14,402 bases of DNA. It comes from Candidatus Eiseniibacteriota bacterium. Its GTDB lineage: Bacteria > Eisenbacteria > RBG-16-71-46. The DNA lies in assembly GCA_031366795.1 (NCBI GenBank), contig JANLOX010000188.1, positions 1 to 14,402 of the forward strand, given 5' to 3'. Shown piece after piece: positions 6,131 to 12,853 of the stretch (position 1 is the stretch's first letter; each line of letters opens with the position of its first letter). Position numbers and translations under genes: made by a program. Below the pieces are notes generated by a model. It did no database searches. It was not told where the DNA came from and worked only from the letters and a program-made list of their open reading frames with translations.

Positions 6131-8020
6131 TCACACGACGGCCGATTCCCGCCGCGACAACAATCCGCCCGCGCGCCACACCGCCACCGCGGCCGCATCA
6201 AGACCATGGTGCAGTGTATCCTGAACGCCCCGTGTCAGGTTGCGCACGCCCACCGGGTGCCCCGGCTCCACCGCTTCCGGCAGGCTCGGCACTTCGAGCT
6301 CCTCGCCCGCCGCCGCGAACTCGGGCAGCGGCCGCCGCCCGGCCTCCAGCGCAAGAATACCTGCATGTCCAAATGCCTGGGCGCATTCGGGCGCAAACGA
6401 CTTCGCCAACACCACGGCGACCCCTGCCCGCCGCAAGGCCCACGCCGCCTCGTTGGCGAACTCCCCGCCCCCAAAGTGGCGCCCGGCGATGATCGCCCCC
6501 CGGGCGTCGGGACCCGTCTGGGCGATCCATTGGCGGTCCAACCCCGGGAACAACCCGGCCACCGGATCCTCGAGCAGTGCACGCTGCCCGCGAGCGCTGC
6601 GCGAGACGATCCGCTCGGCGGGCCAGTCATCGCCCACCACCAGCCATACCACAGCGCGCAATGATCCCTGCGCCGCGGGGGCCACCGCTGCGTAGTTGAG
6701 ACTCGCCGGCGACGACGGCTCCGCGGACGGTGAAGCCGGACTCGCCGGCCGAGCGGCGGCGCCACGGACGAGCCGCGCACGGCGAACCGCCGCGTGCTCG
6801 CCATCGCGCGGATCACACAGCGCCCCCCTGAGCGCTGACGCCGCGCAGACCTCCGGGTTCGCCAGCCACCAATCGGCCTCTCGTGATTCGCCGCTCGCGC
6901 GGCCAAGCCCAAGCCGGGTCCCCGTGGCGCCGCGCGTGAGTTCGAGCGAGGCCAACGAATCGCGCACCGCGACTCCGCTGTGCGCGAGGGCTTCGGTGGC
7001 GCCACCCGTGTTGAGGGCGGAGGCCAACCACTCCGTGCCCGGCACTACCGCCACTTCGAGTCCCGCGGCCACCGTGTGCCGCTCGTATCGCGCGAGCCAC
7101 ACCGCGATGTCTCCCTCGTCCGCGTACGGCCCCAGCGCCACACCGCGCAGCGGGTGATCCAGTACATAGCGCAGGGGCCGCGCGAGCGACAGGTCCGAGC
7201 CCGGCGAGACCAACGGCTCGAGTCCATCGAGATCCAGTTCGAGCGATACCGTGGCACTTGACTCGGCCGCGGCAACGGCACGCACTTCGCGCCAATCGGC
7301 ATCCCGGCCCCAGGCCTTCATGCACTCACGCGTGACCTCATCGGCTGGCAGCAGCACGAACGCCGCGCCCGCATGCACGAGGGTGCGGGCCAGCGCAACG
7401 CGCTCCGCCACGCCCAACCCCGTCACGCCCGCGCCGTTCACCTCGACACCCAGTCCCGCCCAGCGGCGCGCATCGGTGCGGCGTGCAAGCTCGAGCGCCG
7501 CATCGATGCCGCCGACGCCAGGCGGCAGACTCCCGAGCAGGCGCAGGTCTGCGATCGCGAGCAACGGGGCGGTGATGGGCGCGCCGCACAGCAGCGCGAC
7601 CGCTTCGAGCGGCGACACGCGCCAACTCGCGACGCCGAGCGCGCCGCACGCTGAAGCGTCCACGCCACAGGAGGCGACCAGCCGGCCCGGAGCGGCCAGG
7701 GCTTCGCGGTACGTCGGCTCGCACGCGCCCGCGACCGGCGTCAGCACCGGGACGCCCAGACGGGCGGCGCACTCGAGCAACTCGCGGCCTTCGTCGTCTC
7801 CGGGGGCCAGCGCATTCAGCGGGCGGTTCCACCACGCCAGCGCGCGCGTCAGTGATGGGGAGCCACGCAGCACGGAATCGGCGAGCCGCAGCACGAACGC
7901 CGTCGCCGTGGGGCCGATCAGCAAGTGATCAGGACGCGGTGCATGATCAATCGGCGCGGGACGGCCGGGCTTTGCGTCGGCGCGGTGCGCGTCGAAAATC
8001 TGGCGGGCGCGGCTCGTCAT
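6131..8020 (-). CDS. Degenerate aconitase-family protein (large domain fused to C-terminal swivel domain), probable pseudoenzyme
   Basis: 629 aa. Scaffold motifs are collinear with ~640-aa aconitate hydratases: LRLLGSLPPGVGGIDAALEL, VEVNGAGVTGLGVAERVALA, LPADEVTRECMKAWGRDADW, LDLDGLEPLV, WLANPEVCAASALRGALCDPR, IIAGRHFGGG...AVVLAKSFA...GILAL, NLTRG...RAGGLL. Confidence 0.85.
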   Translation of the reverse strand: MTSRARQIFDAHRADAKPGRPAPIDHAPRPDHLLIGPTATAFVLRLADSVLRGSPSLTRALAWWNRPLNALAPGDDEGRELLECAARLGVPVLTPVAGACEPTYREALAAPGRLVASCGVDASACGALGVASWRVSPLEAVALLCGAPITAPLLAIADLRLLGSLPPGVGGIDAALELARRTDARRWAGLGVEVNGAGVTGLGVAERVALARTLVHAGAAFVLLPADEVTRECMKAWGRDADWREVRAVAAAESSATVSLELDLDGLEPLVSPGSDLSLARPLRYVLDHPLRGVALGPYADEGDIAVWLARYERHTVAAGLEVAVVPGTEWLASALNTGGATEALAHSGVAVRDSLASLELTRGATGTRLGLGRASGESREADWWLANPEVCAASALRGALCDPRDGEHAAVRRARLVRGAAARPASPASPSAEPSSPASLNYAAVAPAAQGSLRAVVWLVVGDDWPAERIVSRSARGQRALLEDPVAGLFPGLDRQWIAQTGPDARGAIIAGRHFGGGEFANEAAWALRRAGVAVVLAKSFAPECAQAFGHAGILALEAGRRPLPEFAAAGEELEVPSLPEAVEPGHPVGVRNLTRGVQDTLHHGLDAAAVAVWRAGGLLSRRESAVV

Positions 8021-8048
8021 CGCCTGTCCCCGGGCTCCCGCACCAGAA

Positions 8049-8423
8049 TCAGGATCTGCCCTTTTTCTTGCGGCTGCTGCTCAAAGCGCCGCTCGGCTTC
8101 GGCTTCGACTCACCGGATGCGCGGCTCGCCGCGGGCTTGGATTCCGCGGCACCCGCTGCAGCAACAGGCTTGGCATCGCCGCCGGAACTTGCCGGGGGGG
8201 CAGTGCTGCTCGCGTCCTGCTTGGCCTTGTCCTGGTAGGACTTCGACCGGTAGTCGGTGATATAGAAGCCCGAGCCCTTGAATAGCAGGCCGGCGCCGCC
8301 CGAGGGAACGCGAATCGCTTTGCCCTTGCACTTGGGGCACCTCTTCACCGACTCATCCGACATGCTATGGAACAACTCGAACAGGTGATCGCACTTGATG
8401 CAGCGGTAGTCGTAGGTCGGCAC
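8049..8423 (-). CDS. FmdB-family zinc ribbon protein with low-complexity tail
   Basis: MPTYDYRCIKCDHLFE...CPKCKG...LLFKGSGFYITDY family signature. GTG start with TAAGGAG SD; S/A/K-rich C-terminus. Confidence 0.92.
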   Translation of the reverse strand: MPTYDYRCIKCDHLFELFHSMSDESVKRCPKCKGKAIRVPSGGAGLLFKGSGFYITDYRSKSYQDKAKQDASSTAPPASSGGDAKPVAAAGAAESKPAASRASGESKPKPSGALSSSRKKKGRS

Positions 8424-8449
8424 CCGGTTCTCCTTAAGGGTTACATCAC

Positions 8450-9463
8450 TCAGGCCGGAACAGGCGCCGCCGAGGACAGGCTCAACACGCAGGCGATCGT
8501 CGAGACGTCCACGACGTCATCGACACTGCAGCCGCGCGACAGATCGTTCCCCTGCCGCGCCAGTCCCATCAGGATGGGACCATACGCCCGCGCGCCCGCC
8601 AGCCGTTCCACCAATTTGTAGCCGATGTTGCCGGCATCGAGGTCCGGGAACACCAGCACGTTCGCATGTCCCGCCACTACACTGCCCGGCGCCTTGCGCT
8701 TGCCGACGTCCGGAACGATCGCGGCGTCGGCCTGCAGCTCGCCATCAAGGTGCAGGTCCGGACGGCGCTCGCGCGCCAGCCGCACGGCTTCGCGCACCTT
8801 GAGCACGTGCGGATGCTCGGCGCTGCCACGCGTCCCGAACGACAGGAACGCCACGTGAGGAACGGTCTGCATGATCCGCGAGTACTGGTCCGCCGCCATG
8901 ATGCCGATGTCGGCCAGCTGCTCAGACGTGGGATCGGGCACCACGGCGCAATCGGCGAAGCTGATCACGCGTTCCTCACCCTGCCCCTGCGGCACGCCCA
9001 TCAGGAAGAACGACGACACCGTGCGTGTCTGCGCGGATAGCCCGATCAGCCACAGGGCCGCGCGGAGCACATCACCGGTGGTGCGCGAAGCTCCCGCCAC
9101 AAAACAGTCCGCCAATCCGAGCCGCACACGCGCCGCCGCCTGGAACAGCGGATCCGCTGCGTAGCGGTCCGCATCAGCAGGCGTGATGCGCTCACCGCGC
9201 GCCTTGAGCAGCGCCTGACGCGTGCGCGCCACTTCGGCGGCATCGCCGGCATCCACGCGTTCGACATTGCTCAAGTGGACGTCGGCCTTGCGCGCTGTGG
9301 CGCGCAGCAGCTCGGGTGCCCCCACGAACTGCACCTTCGCCAGACCCTCGCGGGCGATGCGATCCGCGGCGCGAACGACACGTTCGTCATCCGCCTCGGC
9401 CAACACCAGTCGCTGCACTTGAGCGCGCGCCGCGCGCCGTACCCGCTCCATCAAGGCACTCAT
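8450..9463 (-). CDS. pta: Phosphate acetyltransferase (class I, catalytic domain only)
   Basis: Motifs LVLAEADDERV, TVSSFFLM, FADCAVVPDP, VAFLSF, DGELQADAAI, ANVLVFPDLDAGNIGYKL, GPILMG, NDLSRGCSVDD (catalytic S-R...D retained); 337 aa. Confidence 0.93.
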   Translation of the reverse strand: MSALMERVRRAARAQVQRLVLAEADDERVVRAADRIAREGLAKVQFVGAPELLRATARKADVHLSNVERVDAGDAAEVARTRQALLKARGERITPADADRYAADPLFQAAARVRLGLADCFVAGASRTTGDVLRAALWLIGLSAQTRTVSSFFLMGVPQGQGEERVISFADCAVVPDPTSEQLADIGIMAADQYSRIMQTVPHVAFLSFGTRGSAEHPHVLKVREAVRLARERRPDLHLDGELQADAAIVPDVGKRKAPGSVVAGHANVLVFPDLDAGNIGYKLVERLAGARAYGPILMGLARQGNDLSRGCSVDDVVDVSTIACVLSLSSAAPVPA

Positions 9464-9475
9464 TGTGAGACTCCC

Positions 9476-10060
9476 TTATCGCTGCTTGTGCGAGGGCTTC
9501 GCGGATGCCTTGCGCGTCGAGGCCGCGCGTGCCGGCCTCGCACGACCTGCCGATTTGCGCGCAGCGGCAATCGCGGCGCCGTAGCGCGTTTTCAGTTGCG
9601 TCTCGACGATCTGCGGCACCAGTCCGTGCACGTCGCCGCCCAGCCGCGCGACTTCCTTCACGAGGGTGGAGTTCAGGTAGGAGTACTCCTGGCTCGGCAT
9701 CATGAACACGACCTCGACCGCGGGCGACAACCTGCGATTCATCAAGGCCATCTGGAACTCGTACTCGAAGTCGCTCACCGCGCGCAGGCCGCGGATCATC
9801 ACCTGGGCGCCCAAGCGTCGCGCGCAATCCACGACGAGATCCGAGAACGCCACCACCTCCACGCGTTTCATCGAACGCGTCGCCGATTGAATAAGCGCCA
9901 CGCGCTCTTCCACGGAGAACAGGGTGCCCTTGGCGGGACTCGGCGCCACCGCGACGATGACCCGGCCGAACAGGCTGGCCGCGCGTCGCGTCAGGTCGAG
10001 ATGCCCATTGGTGAAGGGGTCGAAGGTTCCCGGAAACAGCGCCGTGCGGCCGTCGCTCAT
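9476..10060 (-). CDS. coaD: Pantetheine-phosphate adenylyltransferase
   Basis: Motifs FPGTFDPFTNGHLD, LFSVEERV, IRGLRAVSDFEYEFQMALMNR, STLVKEVARLGGDV. ATGA overlap with the rsmD stop. Confidence 0.98.
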   Translation of the reverse strand: MSDGRTALFPGTFDPFTNGHLDLTRRAASLFGRVIVAVAPSPAKGTLFSVEERVALIQSATRSMKRVEVVAFSDLVVDCARRLGAQVMIRGLRAVSDFEYEFQMALMNRRLSPAVEVVFMMPSQEYSYLNSTLVKEVARLGGDVHGLVPQIVETQLKTRYGAAIAAARKSAGRARPARAASTRKASAKPSHKQR

Positions 10061-10641
10061 GAGGCATGCTCCTCGTCGCGCGGCGGCTGTGGCGCACGCG
10101 GCGCATAGAAGGTGATTTGCGTCTCACCGTAACGGCGCTCGCCGTTGCGATCGAGCCGCCCCGCCGATTCCGGCACCACATCTTTTGAATGATGCTCCAG
10201 CGCCACACGGCATCCCGCGCGCAACGTCGCCACGCGATCGAGTGTGTCGAGCGCCTGCCGCGCCTGCGTCCCACCGTACGGCGGATCCAACAGGATGACA
10301 TCCGCCCGCTCGAGGGCCTCGCACAACTTCTTGAGTCCCGACGGCAACGCCAACCGCCACACCCGCGCGCGATCGCCCAGATCGAACGTTTCGAGATTCT
10401 GTTGCAGCGCCACGAGCGCGTGCCGGGACTGCTCGACGAAATCCACATGAGCAGCACCCCGCGACAAAGCCTCGATGCCCAGCGCCCCGGAACCGGCGTA
10501 GAGGTCCACGACCCGCGCGCCCTGCCATGGTTCAAGCATCATGCACAGCGCCTCACGCACGCGATCCGAGGTGGGCCGCGTCGCCCCACCTTTGGGCGCC
10601 ACGAGCCGCCGGCCGCTGAATGTCCCCGCAATGACTCGCAC
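10057..10641 (-). CDS. rsmD: 16S rRNA m2G966 methyltransferase RsmD
   Basis: Motifs (M)RVIAGTFSGRRL, TRPTSDRVREAL, DLYAGSGALGIEALSRGA, LLDPPY, RRYGET; classic rsmD-coaD pairing. Start moved to GTG 10641, matching the family N-terminus; 194 aa. Confidence 0.96.
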   Translation of the reverse strand: MRVIAGTFSGRRLVAPKGGATRPTSDRVREALCMMLEPWQGARVVDLYAGSGALGIEALSRGAAHVDFVEQSRHALVALQQNLETFDLGDRARVWRLALPSGLKKLCEALERADVILLDPPYGGTQARQALDTLDRVATLRAGCRVALEHHSKDVVPESAGRLDRNGERRYGETQITFYAPRAPQPPRDEEHAS

Positions 10642-10650
10642 AACTCGGGA

Positions 10651-10679
10651 AGTCTCAGTGAGTGCTCGCGGGGTGTCAA
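10651..10679 (-). promoter_or_regulatory. Putative sigma70-type promoter for rsmD-coaD-pta and downstream genes
   Basis: Perfect TTGACA (10679-10674), 17-nt spacer, GAGACT (10656-10651), ending 9 nt before the rsmD GTG. No SD in between. Confidence 0.55.
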
Positions 10680-10735
10680 GCTTGGGTACCCCCGATGGAC
10701 TCGCCCTGCGCAAACGGGCGTCGCGACGCGTCGGG

Positions 10736-11356
10736 TCAGGGCAATTCGACGCGCTCGTACCCGGCGGGGGCGTGTTGCGTGAAGGCTTCCGCTCCTCGCG
10801 GGGCGCCAAAGCTCCAGCCGGAGAAACGGTATTCCAGCTCGCCACCCGAGTCGGGGACGACGAGCCGCTGCGGCAATCCGCGGCCATCGATCTCGAGCCG
10901 AGCCGAGTCGGGGCCCGCGCCACCCGTTGAGTGAAGGCGCAGCACGCGGCCCCGCTGCGAGACGAGTTCGATGCCGGGAGCGTGCCCCTCCATGAGCAAC
11001 TGCCACCAGCGGCGCGCGCCGGCGGCCTGCGCTTCGCGGAACACGATCAGCTGGCGCAAGCGCGGCTGCAACCACTCCCCGCCATCGCTACGCAGCGTGA
11101 TGCGCTCGCCACTGGTGGGGAACTCGAGCCGCGCGCGATCGGGCAGTTCGAGCAACAGCCTCCCACGCGTGCGCACGGGCTGGTGCGAAAACGGATTGGT
11201 CGCCACCCGAACGAATGCACAGTCGGCGCGGCCGGCAGCATGCAGGCGGGCACCGAGCTTGAGGCCGTTGGCATCGGCCGCGCGTGATGGGCTCGTAGTC
11301 ATCAGCGACAGCGCGAGCGCCGCCAGCAGCACGTGGCACTTCGCGGAAGGGTTCAT
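10736..11356 (-). CDS. LolA-like outer-membrane lipoprotein carrier protein (divergent)
   Basis: Sec signal peptide (MNPSAKCHVLLAALALSLMTTSPSRA|AD). TRGRLLLELPDRARLEF...SDGGEWLQPRLRQLIV and LEYRFSGW...FTQHAPAGYERVELP follow the LolA beta-strand pattern and C-terminal FxFxxPxG-like motif. Start ATG 11356 overlaps the upstream stop (ATGA); 206 aa. Confidence 0.72.
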   Translation of the reverse strand: MNPSAKCHVLLAALALSLMTTSPSRAADANGLKLGARLHAAGRADCAFVRVATNPFSHQPVRTRGRLLLELPDRARLEFPTSGERITLRSDGGEWLQPRLRQLIVFREAQAAGARRWWQLLMEGHAPGIELVSQRGRVLRLHSTGGAGPDSARLEIDGRGLPQRLVVPDSGGELEYRFSGWSFGAPRGAEAFTQHAPAGYERVELP

Positions 11357-12177
11357 CGCGAGGTGTCCGCAGTCGCTTCGCCCGCAATGCGCGAGACCCA
11401 CGCGCGCAATCGCGAGCGGCTCAAACGCAAGGCCCCATCGGGGATGCGCAGCGCGGTCGCGGCAGTCGCGTCGTGAGCCATGAGCCGCATCGACTCGGGC
11501 TGCAATGTAACGCTCAGCCGGCCTTCATCATCCTTGGCCACCAGACGCGCTGGCCACATCACACCGTTCCAGCTTTGCCACCGCTCGTAGCCCAGCGCGA
11601 TGGGGGAACCGCCGGCGGGATGCACGCGCACCGTGCGCGGCAGGCCCGCCATTGACACAACGAGCTCCAACGAATCCTCGGCCTCCGTCCAGCGCACGCG
11701 CCACGCGGAGTCCGCGGCCTCGCCCTGCGCCCACGCGCTGGCAGGCGGTGACCACGTCGCCGCAAGCGCGCGGCACACCCAACCGGAAATGTCCTGGCGC
11801 CGCGAGCGGTCCCCCCCGGCATCAGTGACCGCGGTGAGGTTGAGCGCCGGGGCATCGATCACCAGCGTGTCGCCATGCCCTGACAGATCGACGGCATTGC
11901 CGAACAGCGCATCCACACGGAAGCGGAACGCATCCGGCGCCACGAGCCGCGTGCGCAGCGTGAGCCCGGGGGGATCCTGCCCTGAAGGCCGGTGCACCCA
12001 CGCGGAGTAATTGCCCTCGGCGAATCCCGCGTGCGCGCGCCGCTCGGCCAGCCGCGCCTCGAAGCGCGCCTCGATCGAAGGCGACCCGAGCCGCGGCAGC
12101 TGCGGCCTGCCCGCCGGAGCACAGCCCGCGACGAGCAACAGCACGAGACCGGAACCCCACAACCGGCGGCGGCGCAT
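11353..12177 (-). CDS. Lipoprotein, LolB/DUF4292-like (LolA/LolB fold predicted)
   Basis: MRRRRLWGSGLVLLLVAG|C lipobox. Beta-rich segments APDAFRFRVDALFGNAVDLSGHGDTLVIDAP and YERWQSWNGVMWPARLVAKDDEGRLSVTL resemble LolB-like proteins. Start ATG 12177 overlaps the aroK stop (TGATG); 274 aa. The lipoprotein call is strong; the fold call is inference. Confidence 0.6.
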   Translation of the reverse strand: MRRRRLWGSGLVLLLVAGCAPAGRPQLPRLGSPSIEARFEARLAERRAHAGFAEGNYSAWVHRPSGQDPPGLTLRTRLVAPDAFRFRVDALFGNAVDLSGHGDTLVIDAPALNLTAVTDAGGDRSRRQDISGWVCRALAATWSPPASAWAQGEAADSAWRVRWTEAEDSLELVVSMAGLPRTVRVHPAGGSPIALGYERWQSWNGVMWPARLVAKDDEGRLSVTLQPESMRLMAHDATAATALRIPDGALRLSRSRLRAWVSRIAGEATADTSR

Positions 12178-12725
12178 CACCACGTCATCCCACTCGTAAC
12201 GCTCACGATCTCGCGCGCGATCTTCGCGGCAACCTCGTGTGACGTCAGGCCATCCGTACGCACGCGCATGCGCGCGACCTCTGCGTACCCCGCGGCGCGG
12301 CGCGCCAGCAGTTCCTCGAGCCGGGCCGGGTGTGCCGCGTCCGCCAGAAGTGGGCGGTCGGCCAGCATTCCGCTCATGCGTCGCAGCGCCTCGGTCGCGT
12401 CCACCTCGAGCCACACGGTATGGCAGCGCTGGCGCAGCAATTCACGCGCGGATTCGGTCTCCACGATCCCTCCCCCGCAAGCCACGACGCGGACGCCGTC
12501 CGTCAGGACGCGCGCCAGCACGGCCACCTCCAGTTCGCGGAAGGCCGCTTCGCCACGCGTCGCGAACAATTGGCGGATCGGCATGGCCGTGCTGAGCTCA
12601 ATGAGGGCGTCGAGATCGGCACAGGAGCCCCCCAGCCGTTCCGCAAGCAATGGAGCCGTGGCGGTCTTGCCGGCGCCCGGCAGGCCCACCAGCGCGATCG
12701 CGAGAATCCGTTGCGGTTCGTGCAT
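12177..12725 (-). CDS. aroK: Shikimate kinase
   Basis: Walker A GLPGAGKT, DLD, FATRGEAAFRELE, VVACGGGIV, RPLL, RRAAGYAEVA; position after pilQ matches the known pilQ/hofQ-aroK synteny. Confidence 0.95.
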   Translation of the reverse strand: MHEPQRILAIALVGLPGAGKTATAPLLAERLGGSCADLDALIELSTAMPIRQLFATRGEAAFRELEVAVLARVLTDGVRVVACGGGIVETESARELLRQRCHTVWLEVDATEALRRMSGMLADRPLLADAAHPARLEELLARRAAGYAEVARMRVRTDGLTSHEVAAKIAREIVSVTSGMTW

Positions 12726-12731
12726 CGAATG

Positions 12732-12740
12732 AACCTAGCA
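12732..12740 (-). promoter_or_regulatory. Putative extended -10 promoter for a leaderless aroK transcript
   Basis: Minus strand TGC-TAGGTT-CATTCG-ATG: TGnTAnnnT with 6 nt to the aroK ATG and no SD. Confidence 0.5.
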
Positions 12741-12796
12741 GATCGGCACATGCGCACTTGTGCAGGAATCGCCACGTCACACGAGCCCCCACAATG

Positions 12797-12830
12797 CGAA
12801 AGGGCCGCCAGGAGAGTGTCCCGACGGCCC
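12797..12830 (-). terminator. Putative intrinsic terminator after pilQ
   Basis: GGGCCGTCGGGA-CACTC-TCCTGGCGGCCC: 12-bp stem with two G-U pairs, followed by a short TTTCG, 23 nt after the pilQ stop. Confidence 0.6.
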
Positions 12831-12853
12831 CGCGCGATTGCTTTGGCGGACGG

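Noticed and set aside
6131..8020. Annotation as a functional aconitase or LeuC/LeuD fusion
   Set aside because: Cluster-ligating cysteines and the DH, DSH, RNF and SSRE motifs are not present at the expected positions.
10680..10735. Possible terminator after the LolA-like gene
   Set aside because: Only a 5-bp CGCCC/GGGCG stem and short palindromes, with no U-tract after the stem.
12760..12775. TGGCGATTCCTGCA as a sigma54 promoter upstream of aroK
   Set aside because: GG-to-GC spacing is 8 nt rather than the required 10.
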